This document shows, in pieces, positions 13,801 to 25,252 of a stretch of DNA of 64,000 nt. Source of the DNA: Ostrea edulis (Eukaryota); assembly GCF_947568905.1 (NCBI RefSeq), contig NC_079164.1, positions 51,336,001 through 51,400,000 on the forward strand. The letters are read 5' to 3'. How positions within the stretch are numbered: position 1 is the first letter of the stretch; each line of letters opens with the position of its first letter. Position numbers and translations under genes: made by a program. The notes below the pieces were generated by a model. It made no database searches. It saw only the letters and a program-made list of their open reading frames with translations, and was not told the origin of the DNA.

Positions 13801-16604
13801 TATTTGAGTGTTTAATATACTGTATTTTACATCTATTTGAGTGTTTAATACACTGTATTTTACATCTATTTGAGTGTTTAATACACTGTATTTTACATCT
13901 ATTTGAGTGTTTAATACACTGTAATTTACATCTATTTGAGTGTTTAATACACTGTAATTTACATCTATTTGAGTGTTTAATACACTGTATTTTACATCTA
14001 TTTGAGTGTTTAATACACTGTATTTTACATCTATTTGAGTGTTTAATACACTGTATTTTACATCTATTTGAGTGTTTAATACATTGTATTTTACATCTAT
14101 TTGAGTGTTTAATATACTATATTTTACATCTATTTGAGTGTTTAATACACTGTATTTTACATCTATTTGAGTGTTTAATATACTGTATTTTACATCTATT
14201 TGAGTGTTTAATACACTGTATTTTACATCTATTTGAGTGTTTAATACACTGTAATTTACATCTATTTGAGTGTTTAATATACTGTATTTTACATCTATTT
14301 GAGTGTTTAATATACTGTATTTTACATCTATTTGAGTGTTTAATATACTGTATTTTACATCCATTTGAGTGTTTAATATACTGTATTTTACATCTATTTG
14401 AGTGTTTAATACACTGTATTTTACATCTATTTGAGTGTTTAATACACTGTAATTTACATCTATTTGAGTGTTTAATACACTGTATTTTACATCTATTTGA
14501 GTGTTTAATATACTGTATTTTACATCTATTTGAGTGTTTAATATACTGTATTTTACATCCATTTGAGTGTTTAATACACTGTATTTTACATCTATTTGAG
14601 TGTTTAATACACTGTATTTTACATCTACAGAATTGTTGTTTGTTTTATTTTTTGTTTGCTGCTGTTGCATTATTGTTTTATTTTTTGTTTGCTGCTGTTG
14701 CATTATTGTTTTATTTTTTGTTTGCTGCTGTTGCATTATATGTTTTATTTTTTGTTTGCTGCTGTTGCATTATATGTTTTATTTTTTGTTTGCTGCTGTT
14801 GCATTATATGTTTTATTTTTTGTTTGCTGTTGTTGCATTATTGTTTTATTTTTTGTTTGCTGCTGTATAGCATTATAAGTTAGACAGGGGAGACCAGTCA
14901 CCTTCAAAGAGAAACAAAATTTAAAGTATTATCATTATACCATGTGCCACTTATATATGCTTGTATTGGCTTCTGCTTAGTTTTTCCATGGACAGTCTCT
15001 CTATATACCGTTAACATGTATATACAGTAATGAAAAGTTCTATCCCTTTAGGAGGTCGTAGAAATAGGCAAACACAGAGACCTGCAGAATTCCCTCCAAC
15101 CTATGAGGAAGCCCTGGAGAGTCCACCATACGAAGAGCCTCCTCTGGTAGGCTACATGGAAATATTGTTTTCTGTTATACATTTCATTAAAGTTTCCATT
15201 GATTGCTTTAACATTTCATTTTTGTGTACATTAAATTAGTCATTCTGTTTAAGATTTATAATGATTAAACACTCTCTTCAGGCATGTGAAAATGGTATAC
15301 TGAAACCCCCCACATACCATGAAGCTATTGGACAAATTCCAGACCCCCCTGAAGAGGAGTACCCTGAAGAGGAGTATCCCCCACCAGACTTCAGTACCTT
15401 AGACCGATCATTGCCAAACAATGAAACCCAAGCATCCAACACTTCATCCGCAGAAAGTGAAGAAATCCGACCAGTGAATCATACATATAGTATGTCTTAC
15501 AGCTCTGAGTCGTCTACTGAGGTCTCATTGAACCAAAATGTCTCACAAATTTACAGTCCCACTTACACAGAGGTACCCTATCATAGGTCTCCAAACAGGG
15601 AGAGTACTGAGCATGAGTTTACAGAGCGGGCTCCAAGTCAAGCAAAAGATAGAAGGCAAATAGACAGAAGAAAGGTTGATTCCCACAGACATAAGAACAA
15701 TGTAGGAGAAGCTTCAGAGAGAAATCCACATGAAAGTCACTCAGTTCCAACAGTCAGTGGAAGAGGAATTCCACCCCAGAAGCAAGGACACATGTTAGAG
15801 AGGGAGGACGGCAGAGGGAAAGTAAATTTCACTGAAACACAGAACTCCCCTAATACATCAAGTCAGATGTCTCCCCAATTTTCGGTTTCTCCCCCATGTC
15901 AATCTTACTCCAAAGGCGCAAATCATCACAAGGGTGATAGGGCGGGAAATCAAACAAAATCAAAAGGTAATCAAAGGAACAGAGCATCTGATAGCAGCTC
16001 AAAGAATTTGCTCTTTAGTGAGGACCATTTCACTAATGGAGAGAATAGGGGCACACTGAATCAAGCTTTTAAGGACTATGATAGTTCACAAAATTCACCA
16101 CCAAAGACAAATTCAGCCAGCCTTGCCAACCTATATTCCTTAGAGAGATGGACTGAGGACAGGAGAGGGATGGCTATGTCCTTACAACACCTGCCAATCA
16201 CACAGTGTGTTACTTCCAGGAGTAGCTTAGCGATGGAAAACTCTGACCATTCCAATGGAGGACTGACCAGTGGTCTGCCAATAGGAAACACTAGACAAGA
16301 GAATGCCCTTCGACAGCCATGCCTTCTAGATGCAGATCGACCTATGTCACGCTCAGTAGGAAATCTCCCCATACATTCACATTTACAACCTTTGAACTTG
16401 GAAGAAAACAAGAATGAAGGATCATCTGAAAGTTCTAACACACCAATACAAGCATCAGCCTCATTAGGAGATTTGACCCGACGTCGGTACAACCAGGCTG
16501 CCAGACGGCAAACTCAGTCCCATCCAGACTTGTCAAACATTCAGGAAGAAAGAAATAACGATATCCTTACCTTTGTTTGTGACAGTGAAGATGTTTTTGT
16601 TTGA
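214..16604 (+). CDS. CUB-CUB-LDLa-transmembrane receptor-like protein (neuropilin/tolloid-like, NETO-type architecture), 5'-partial, spliced
   Basis: Phase-consistent GT-AG exons: 214-376 (end of a CUB domain, GPEMKVIFNTG...MGFKFTYTFY), 540-575 (36-nt linker), 3825-3986 and 4644-4844 (CUB: DCGKY...YDCTWIV...VEIRDG...GFYIRF), 7870-7989 (LDLa: CKTMRCIPSELECDRFNHCGDNSDE), 12679-12873 (TM: VSVIVPLVISVFFLIILCVLFFLI then RR), 15052-15146 (or 15028-15146), 15282-16604 (low-complexity cytoplasmic tail, stop TGA). Domain calls come from motif recognition; orthology is not established. Confidence 0.85.
551..2275 (+). repeat. 65-bp minisatellite made of the microexon 3' half plus its donor, interrupted by a transposon at 660-2107
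   Basis: The unit CAATCCATTACT(A/G)TCCCATTAACAG|GTAAGGATCTTTGTATTAATGTATTTTG...TTCTAA starts at 551, 616, 2148 and 2213; a partial copy begins at 2103. Confidence 0.9.
660..2107. mobile_element. Non-autonomous PIF/Harbinger-like DNA transposon, copy 1 (right TIR truncated)
   Basis: Starts GGGCTATTCCAGAAA after TAA and ends TTTCTGGAACAG, lacking the final CCC. Highly similar to 5518-6496. No transposase ORF. Confidence 0.8.
2826..3076 (+). mobile_element. SINE fragment (bivalve tRNA-derived SINE family)
   Basis: Shares the core GTCCCGTGT...AGGTGTGGCACG.TAAAGA and the 3' end CCATATGAGTGAAAAATTC...CAATCAATC with 12889-13175 and 21265-21600. Confidence 0.65.
4996..7510 (+). repeat. 63/66-bp intronic minisatellite split by transposon copy 2
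   Basis: Unit AAAGTACTAAACTAT(T/A)GATCTGTAAAGATTGAGCTCACAATATCATCATCATTTACTATCCAC; some units carry an extra CAT. Roughly 8 units lie before and 16 after the insertion. Confidence 0.95.
5518..6496. mobile_element. Non-autonomous PIF/Harbinger-like DNA transposon, copy 2 (internally deleted)
   Basis: TIRs GGGCTATTCCAGAAA / TTTCTGGAACAGCCC with a TAA target duplication (5515-5517, 6497-6499). A 3-bp TAA TSD is characteristic of PIF/Harbinger. Confidence 0.85.
10408..10460 (+). repeat. (CT)n microsatellite
   Basis: About 26 CT units. Confidence 0.97.
10793..10823 (+). repeat. (GA)n microsatellite
   Basis: About 15 GA units. Confidence 0.95.
12445..12560 (+). repeat. 18-bp minisatellite
   Basis: Unit CCCTAT(C/T)TTATAGTGATG, about 6 copies; explains the spurious KIGHHY and SDALFY ORFs. 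Confidence 0.92.
12889..13175 (+). mobile_element. SINE with a (CAAT)n tail
   Basis: Core GTCCCATGTCACAACAGGTGTGGCACGATAAAGATCCCTCCCTGCTCAAA, end GAGTGAAAAATTCTTGAGAGGGATGATAAACAA, then CAATCAATC repeats. Starts about 15 nt after the TM-exon donor. Confidence 0.7.
13595..14628 (+). repeat. 33-bp minisatellite A
   Basis: Unit TTTACATCTATTTGAGTGTTTAATA(C/T)ACTGTA(T/A), about 31 copies. Confidence 0.97.
14633..14867 (+). repeat. 33/34-bp minisatellite B abutting A
   Basis: Unit TTGTTTTATTTTTTGTTTGCTGCTGTTGCATTA(T), about 7 copies. Confidence 0.95.
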
Positions 16605-16899
16605 ATATTTCACCACATGCTCTTTCAATGTGATGCAGTCATGTTCTGTGTGAAGGTATGCATCTAAGAACCAAATTCCAGGATATTCATTCCATTTATA
16701 ATTATCAAGTGATGTCCACACACTTTTCATATCTTTATGTATTTTTGTATGAAACCCATACTAAGCTAGACTATTTTAATCAGAGAAAATTTATAAATAT
16801 ATGTATACTTGTTTTAGCTTGTTTAAAATTTAACCCAGTTGGAAAGGCTGTACTATTTGGCTTAATTTTGAATTAGAACTACTATGATAAAGATATTAA

Positions 16900-17504
16900 A
16901 GCTGTATGGTCCGAATTACCAATATTTTTTTCCATCTCGTAAAAACGCAAATAAATCATCGCACGTACATGTATGTAGTTATGAGGCTGTATGACATATC
17001 ATACATTATTTCACCTGTTTTAACCTAAATTATTTGATTTTAAATCGATGTTTACAAATAACCACGTCACTCTACCATTTCAAGTGACAGTCACGTGACC
17101 AGTTCAAACTTTCAGATCATCAGTGGTCTCATCTGTGTAAAGCTGTGTATTTTGTTACAACAGTACCGTGCCATAGGTTTAATAGAAATAAAAATATCAA
17201 ATACCTCTTAGTAATTCGTTGTTTTACGCTCTTTCAGCCTTAAAACTAGACAGTTGCGTATGAGTTAATACATCATGTTGGGATTCCCCTGACGTGCGTG
17301 GGTCAATTTATAGACGTCTATTATGGGATGATTTATATATGTACCACACTATATTTACTTTTTAAATAATATTCTCAGTTTTCTTTTACATGCAGATGTT
17401 TTCAAGCATGTAATTAAGGGAAAGTTATTAACTTTATAAAGTAATCAATCTGCTTTAAAGTAATAATGTACAAAAATAATACATGAACATCGGGTCATAC
17501 AGCT
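16900..17504. mobile_element. Non-autonomous TTAA-targeting DNA transposon (Kolobok-like MITE)
   Basis: TTAA|AGCTGTATGGTCCGA ... TCGGGTCATACAGCT|TTAA. A TTAA TSD with purine-purine termini fits Kolobok better than piggyBac. Confidence 0.75.
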
Positions 17505-18719
17505 TTAAAAAGAAAATTTCATATTTGAACTCTAGCTTGCATTAGCACTAAAGATGCTCCAACTTGAATCTCACTAAATTAAGGTAACTTGTGATGTCAT
17601 AAGTTTTTACAAATTAATCAACCTTTTATCTTTATAGATATGTATCTTTGGTAGCAGTATTACTCAAGAGATACAATAAAATATCTGATTTAGTATAAGA
17701 TACTTAAAAAGTTAATATTTTTTTTAATGAATAATCAATTATTTGCATTTTAAAATGTTGCCAAGGGCAGTAACTCTTATTTGGGTATTTTCTATATTGT
17801 ATGTCCATTTTACAATGATTTCCCTGATGTGCACAAATAAATTTATATAGATTTTTAAAGTAACATTTTTTGGGAAACTGTTAAGATTAAAATTATGTCA
17901 TTTGAGCAAGTTTTTATGATGTTGAAAAACTGATGGCAACATATTCATTTTCTTTAAGGTTTAGTTAAACTGAACTATATTAAAAGGAAATAAATGCCGT
18001 TTTTTCTAATTTCAACCCGTAATAGTGCAAGTATGGGTTACCTTAAGTATATATTCAAAATGCTCAAAATCATATTTGTACATGTTCAAGGGATATGTAA
18101 AGAAAGTTCATAATTACCACGAGTTGTGAAAAATAGTATGAAAAAATATTTCATATATTTATTCTTGTGAAGAGAATTAAGAAAAAAATTGTAAATATTT
18201 GATATGTAATTATATCAGATGAGTAAGATACTATCAGCATTGTCTTTAAACTTTCTTAACAACCTTTATGTTTACTTTGTTGTGTTATTTTCAACATGTC
18301 TGTCTTTGGTTTGTACATTCAAGTTCCATGTCATAGCATTGCTTTGCTTCTAACAATATCATTTAACAAAATTGAAGAAACCAGAAAAGAACAATATTTT
18401 TGGTGTAACCAATATTTCCTTGAGAGTTTTTAATAGCGAAGTTAGAAATACAAAGGACTAGACCAGAATTTGAACTCGTACTCCCCTGAATCTTTTAAGG
18501 CAGTTGCTTTACAGCTGAGCACAGGCAAACCAAACCTTTTTGACCACCACATTAAACTTCTTTTTTTTTTTTGCCTTCCTCCCCCAACTAGGATCTCCCT
18601 TGATAGACATTTTCAACTGTCAATTCCAGAAGCAAGTCATGACACCAAAATGTAGCTGGAAAGGATAATGCTTGCATTGGAAGAGCAGGATAATTAAGGA
18701 AAAGGAATATGGCAGTTGG

Positions 18720-19275
18720 ATGTGGCATTCCAATGGTGGATAGCCCAGGTAATAGAGCACCTGACTAGAGATTTACAGTGCATGAATTTGAAACATGGTC
18801 TGGGTCATAGATTTTATCCAGCTCTGTTCCTGTTACATTTGGTATCCTTAACTACCACGGGAACTACCAGGTGAAGTTGCCTGCCTCCTTAACTACCACA
18901 GGAACTACCAGGTGAAGTTGCCTGCCTCCTTAATTACCACGAGGACTACCAGGTGAAGTTGCCTGCCTCCTTAACTACCACTGGAACTACCAGGTGAAGT
19001 TGTCTGCCTCCTTAACTACCACAGGAACTACCAGGTGAAGTTGCCTGCCTCCTTAACTACCACAGGAACTACCAGGTGAAGTTGCCTGCCAGGGTAGAGC
19101 CTGGTTTTATTCAATGGCGAAGACATTAAAGCAGGGAGGAATGTGTTGGTCAGATCAGTATGATTGGCAGTGATCAAATACTTCAATTGGTAATGCATCT
19201 GACTGGAGATTTAGGGGTCCTGAGTATGAATCCCAGTCTGGTCCAATTTATTATCTCTCTTCCCTTTACTAACTT
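18720..19275 (+). mobile_element. Degenerate tandem tRNA-derived repeat (two tRNA-like modules) with an internal minisatellite
   Basis: tRNA-like segments GGTAATAGAGCACCTGACTAGAGATT (about 18748) and GGTAATGCATCTGACTGGAGATTTAGGGGTCCTGAGTATGAATCCCAGTCTGGTCC (about 19189-19244). Not an intact tRNA gene. Confidence 0.5.
18846..19090 (+). repeat. 41-bp minisatellite
   Basis: Unit CCTTAACTACCACAGGAACTACCAGGTGAAGTTGCCTGCCT, 6 copies. Confidence 0.95.
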
Positions 19276-21264
19276 AAGGTTGTAGTCTAAATATGTTGTG
19301 CTTTTTGTATGTGCTGGTCACAGATATATGTTGGAGTTCAAGCTTGGTGCTGTATTATTATTTGTTTATTAAGATTTATTCACCTGTCGTGGATGATTGT
19401 ATATTGATATGGTTCAGTGTGTTTATCTTGTCTGTCTGTTAGCACTTTGTGGGTCAGATAAAAGCAGTCCTTGTATGGCTCAGATCATCAAACTTTGTAT
19501 ACATGTTCCCAGTGATTAGAGAAAGAAGGCTGTAGTTTTTCTAGACCAAAGGTTGAATTTACATGTGTAATTTTATGTACACAAGATGGGACAGAAACAG
19601 TTCTAAAAAAAAATAATGTGATAATCAAACTTAATGCACATATTCAACCAAAATAGAAGGAAAAATAAGAGTGCAAATTGAAGGCTAGGATAATCACATT
19701 TCCCATGGTGAGAAGAAGAGGTTATTTCTCAAGGTCAAACTCATTTTCAGTATATTTTGTAAAGTGACATGATTTTGCTTTTCAGTTTATAATTTGAGTG
19801 AAGTCTTTCTTCAATTTGATATTTAACAAATCTGTCATAGAATGAACACTTTTTTTTATATATATACTTTCTGATATTAGAGTGTTGAAAGAATATTGTT
19901 GGAGCCTTTTTTTTCCATTAATGGTATATTTGGATGTTAGTTAGGATGAGGTAATTTGTAACAGTAAAATTAATCTAAATCATGTGCAGGTAACATGTTC
20001 CTTGGACCACTTTATAAAGTAATGAAAATACACAGATTATTTTGTACAAATTTTTTCAATGTATTGCTTTTGTCATTTTATTTTGGATGTTCATAGAATC
20101 TCTTGCTTTCATTACAGCTGGGAGAGCTTGCTTGCTTTGTGGGTGGGGGGTTGCCACCTTTCTGCACATTGGGGAGGTGACTTGCTTCCTGTATATGTGA
20201 TTGGGGGGGATTTACCTCCTGTCAGTTTGATTCAGCATTACATGCAAAGCTGCATATTTTTGTGTTTTCGAAATTATATCTTAAATTTTGTTCATATATG
20301 ATACTGAATAAGTACTTATTCATTATTTATGAAGTATTATTTCTGTTACTTGAAGTACATTGTTAGACATTGTAAATCATTTAATGTCTTGTATTGTAAG
20401 ATTATTTTAAATGGTGAGCTATTACTGCTGTTGTATATTGAACACTTCTGTAACATTCCATGCAGTACTTAGCTCACTCATCTTGTTTTTTCTTTGTACA
20501 GAAACAATGCAAGTTATATTTTTATCTGATACAAGTTCAAAATATTTTAAGAAATGCAGAAATATTTAGTCAGTTTATTATGGTAATAAATCCATGCAAG
20601 TATGATTTTCTGTTTGTGGTTATACCTATGTAATGTCACTCATAACATCCCCGCCCTGGTGAATTATCATGATTAGAGTGTAGCAAGGCGGGCTGTATGG
20701 ATCATATTATGGAAATGCACCAAATTTTCTCCTGAACATCTGAGAAAAAAATTTGCGGCAATTTTTATGGAGCTTCCAGACTTGTGTTAAATTCAAGGCC
20801 TCCAGGTCAAAGACACTAGTAAAAGAAAACTGAAATGAATGTCTGGACCACTACTTTGTAATGGAGAGACACTAGCAGCTCATACTTGACACAAAGATTG
20901 CTTGTGACAGTTTACTAGGAGTTCAGACTTGACACAAAGGTTTAATTCTTGTGACTCAACACTGTAAAACTATGATAACCTTTTGTGGCCCCAACCTAGC
21001 TGGGGCTGGGGTCATGAATTGAATAAACTAGAATCTGCACCAACTGAGGATGCTTGCATACCAGTATGACTAATCATGTCTCTGTTATTCTTGAGAAGAT
21101 TTTCAAATATTTTGTTTTCTCTATTTATCCACATGTAAAACTTTGATACCCCATTGTGGCACCACCCAAACTTAGGGGGTTAATTAACTTGAATAAACTT
21201 GAATCTGCTTTATGTCAGGAAGCTTTTATGTACTTTTCTGTCTAAGTGGCTCTTGTCATTAACA

Positions 21265-21600
21265 GGTCGCAGTAACTTAGTCAGGTAGAATGTTCACGTA
21301 ACCAGGAGGTCGTGAGTTTGAGCTTTGCTTGTGCCATGGCCATATCAAACCCAAGATGCAATTTAAACATAGTGATTGCTCCTTTGCCAAAGGCTCAACA
21401 TTTAGAAGTGAGAATTACAGGTCTCTCAGATATGACCTTAAAAACAGAGGTCCCATGTCACGGCAGGGAATAGCACATCAAAAACCTTCACTGCTATGGC
21501 TGCAAGCACTAAGCATAGGTCTAAATTTGTGGTATTTCACCTACAGCTGTTAATGTCTCAATATGAATGAAAAATTCTCGACAGGATGTAAAACAACCAA
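21265..21600 (+). mobile_element. Near full-length tRNA-derived SINE
   Basis: Decayed A/B-box head (GTAACTTAGTCAGGTAGAATG...GGTCGTGAGTTTGAGC), shared core GAGGTCCCATGTCACGGCAGG and 3' end ATATGAATGAAAAATTCTCGACAGG. Confidence 0.65.
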
Positions 21601-21615
21601 ATATCATCAGAAGAT

Positions 21616-22957
21616 TTTTAGGTCACCTGAGTAAACTCGGGTGACCTATTGCAATTGGTTTTCGTCCGTCGTCGTGCGTTAACAATTGAACATTTTTAAC
21701 TTCTTCTTTTAACTACCTGTCCGATTCTTTTCAAATTTGATATGAAGCATCACTGGGACAAGGGGGACATAAATTGTAAATTTCAGGACTCCAGCACCTC
21801 TGGGGCCCTAGGGGCGGGGCAAAAACTGCTCAAAATTGACCAATTTTCAAAAATCTTCTTCTCAAGAACCACACACATGTAAGAAAAACTAAATACATAG
21901 TGATGTAGAGCAGGAAGGCCTCTACCAAAATTGTAAATTTCATGATCCCCGGGGTAGGGGTTCTGTGTAAAACACTTAAATAACATTTTCTTTAGTGCTA
22001 TTGATACTAAATTGAAAGTAAATAGATATTTAGAAAGAACGGGTAGTCCTTTACCAAAATTGTAAATTTGATAATCCCAGGGGTAGGGGTTTTGGTATCA
22101 GGGTGGGGCCAAAATGATCAGTTATTAAATGTGTGAACAATAGACGTTTTTAACTTCTTGATAACTATCATTCCAATTCTTTTCAAATTTGGTATGAAAC
22201 ATATTTGGAACAAAGGGAACATAAATTGTAAATTTCACGATTCCTGCACGAATGGGGCCTTAGGGGCATGGCAAAAACTGCCCAAAAATAACCAATTTTC
22301 AAAAATCTTCATCTCAAGAACCACATGCATGTAAGAAAAATTAAATGCATAGTGATGTAGAGCAAGAAGGCCTCTATCAAATTTGTAAATTTCATGATCC
22401 CCGGGGTCAAACTTGTTATATAGTGTTTATGTGTAAAACACTTAAATGACATTTTCTATAGTGCTTTTGATACTAAATTGAAACTAAATGGATAGAGCAG
22501 GTATAGTCTTTTACCAAAATTGTAAATTTTATTTTCCCCAGAGTAAGGGTTTTGACCCCAGGGTGGGGCCAAACTTTGTATATATAGTATTTATGTGTAA
22601 GTTTGCTGATACTGTATAAAATCTAAATGCATACTTAGGAATAGCAGAAAAGGATATATGAAAAATTGTGAATTTCACAACCCAGGGTTGTGACTTTACG
22701 ATGAGTCCAAATTAGTCATATATTTTGATGTTTTAATGTTATTACACTTATTATTTAAAGTCTTTCATCAGTGTATGCACTTTAAGGGCAGTGAAGTTTT
22801 AAGAACACATCTTGCTTTATACTGTTGCTGAACATTAGAATTTAGCTTAGATATTCAGAACAGTAAATTTTTTCTAGATTTCATAGCCCATGGAAGTATA
22901 GTGATACTTTTTCACTAGTATTTAGGTGACCAATAAGGCCTATATGGGCCTCTTGTT
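21616..22957 (+). mobile_element. Helentron/HINE-like non-autonomous element with internal satellite-like repeats
   Basis: 5' T-run plus hairpin AGGTCACCTGAGTAAACTCGGGTGACCT, GTCCGTCGTC microsatellite, repeated AATTGTAAATTTCATGATCCCCGGGG blocks and 3' GGCC...GGCCTCTTGTT. Related fragments occur at about 20940-21200, 22960-23320, 29570-30095, 50775-51225 and 61470-61870. The family assignment rests on recalled bivalve Helentron structure. Confidence 0.65.
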
Positions 22958-23630
22958 AAATGACCCCACCCTATTTTGCCTCTAGATTATCTCCCCTCTG
23001 GAGAAGCCATGGCCCTTAAATTCATTTGAGCAAACTTGTGAAACCCCTTTACCCAAGGATGATTTGTGCCAAGTTTAAATGAAATTGGCCCCATGGTAAG
23101 ATTTTTAAAAGATGTCACAAAATTTTTACTTATAAATATTTTCTTGAAAAAGGGTGTGAATCGTTTATTTGAACAAACTCGAGTCCTCTTTATCCAAGCA
23201 GGCTTTGTGATAAGTTTAGCTGAAATTAGCCCTGTGGTTCTGAAGAAAGTTCACAGATGGACACCAAACAAAATGTGATCAAAAGGCCCACTTGAGCTTT
23301 CTGCCAAGGTGAGTCAAAATGAAATTTATTCTTTATATCTACATTCTACTTTCATTTCTTCAAGAATTCCCAGCTGTTAGAATAGACATGCTGTATTTAT
23401 CAAGATTCATAATTCAATGTTCACAACTGCACCGCATTCATGAGGAAATGGCTATCGATACAATTTGTAAAGATACCAAGAACAAAATGCATTAATTGCA
23501 ATAATAATATTGTTTAATTTTTATAACCAATAGAAGATACACAATTTATTCTACTGGATAACACAGTGACTTGAGATATAGTAATCATCACTCTGGCAAA
23601 AAATGTCAAGCTGAAGCGGTGGTAGCCATT

Positions 23631-24529
23631 GAAATAATGAATATGCCCCTATTAGCATTGGTTCCTGCTCAAATTCTGCTATACATAGGATTTCGTTGCA
23701 GTTTATTTGTGCCACAGGGAATATATATGGTCTACCATTCTTTCAGAAGTGCCTGATATAAAGTAGGTAGAAACTCTGGTGGATTTGGGCACATTTGAAT
23801 GCATTAATCTAACATGTCTCACATGTGCTCTACTGGCAAGAAATCAGTACTGCTATGGGGGCCAAGGTAACGTGTTGACATTGCTTTGGTGAATATAGTC
23901 CATTGCACGACACAACACCAAACATTGCATTGATGAAATTCAGTTGTGCTGGTGGACAAACGGTACAATGACAGGTTGCAGAGCTACTTTCACCGTGATG
24001 TTGAAAAACATGCCATAGCCCATCTGATAAGTAAAGCATGAATCTTGACTTGAATCAGAGAAGAGAACAATGTTAGTTCCACCTTTGCAAAGAACACACT
24101 TGGATGGTGTCCCTGCAACTATTGGGGTCTGACATAATTCATGTAAATGACTATTGGGGTCTGACATAATTCATGTAAATGACTATTGGGGTGCATTCCC
24201 ACTATAACGTGATGCAGCTTGATGCCTTAGGAGAGGAGACACCTCAGCATAGTCTCTCAGCTTCTTCTTAGATAATGTGTTCTTAGTGTCTCATTTACAT
24301 TCTTTGTGCAGTTCTAAACCGGTTGTGTAAGTGCTGTAACCTCATGAAACGATCCTAATGAGAAGCTGTAAACTTCAGTCGGCCAGTTCGCAGCTGTACC
24401 AGTCTAAGGCATTCGTAGAGAAAAGATATCTGCTTTTGTGGTCATTTAAAGCTCTTGCCACAGTGTTTTGTTTCCAGCCAACAGTAACTGCACTGTCCTG
24501 TTGCATGCATCATTATATAGCCTAGGCAT
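23631..24529 (-). pseudogene. Decayed Tc1/mariner transposase
   Basis: Frameshifted minus-strand peptides in Tc1 order: MPRLYNDACNRTVQLLLAG (start 24529), QNTVARALNDH, DRFMRLQHLHNRFRTA (about 24354-24307), VLFSD (first catalytic D, about 24068-24054), FLPVEHM*DML (SPIEHLW-like), ALLKEW and RGHIHY. A 32-bp tandem duplication sits inside (about 24118-24192). Confidence 0.8.
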
Positions 24530-24554
24530 CCTTTATGCAATGTGAGAATATTAA

Positions 24555-25252
24555 CAAACTAGGGATTGTTTTTATGAAAAACTAATGTCTCCCCTGTTTC
24601 CCAAATTGGAAGTGCTCTAAATGAAACCCCCTCCCCTTTATGTACTGCATGGTATGGAGAAAGCATGAGCAGGAACATAGATATTATGAATTCCCATAAC
24701 CGCATAGGAGAAGTGTTCACAAAATATATTACACCCTCCACCCCTCAGATCCACTATAACTTTATGGAAAACAATTGGATCCTCATGTCCCTACAATATG
24801 CACATCTGCAAATGGCCATATAGGTGGAGAATTAAGTGTTCACAAGCAATTTTAATATCCTCCATCCCTCTTAGATCCACTATAACTGTTACAATTGGAT
24901 CCTCCTGTCTTGACAATATGCACATCTACAAATGGCAGTGAAGCACTGTACAAAGTTTCAAATCTCTCAGATAAGCCATATAGGAGAAGTGTTCACAAGC
25001 TTTCTTTTTTTTTTTTTTTTACATCCTCCACCCCTCTTAGATCCACTATAACTTTTAGGAAAATAATTGGATCCTCCTGTCCCTACAATATGCACATCTA
25101 CAAATGGCAATGAAGCAATGTACAAAGTTTCAAGTCTATCCGATTAGCCATTTAATTAGGAGGAGAAGTGTTCACAAGATTTTGTGACAGATGGACAGGC
25201 AGAGACAGAAAGTACAAAAATATGTCTCCCCCTGAAAGAGGAGAGATATAAT
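24555..25252. mobile_element. Helentron-like element with about 170-bp internal tandem repeats
   Basis: Three related blocks (GGAGAAGTGTTCACAA...AGATCCACTATAAC...CAATTGGATCCTC...CAATATGCACATCT.CAAATGGC) and a terminal imperfect hairpin ATGTCTCCCC...GGAGAGATAT. Confidence 0.55.

Noticed and set aside
13575-14870. 431-aa (+) and 382-aa (-) ORFs
   Set aside because: They are translations of 33-bp minisatellites within a phase-consistent intron of the receptor gene.
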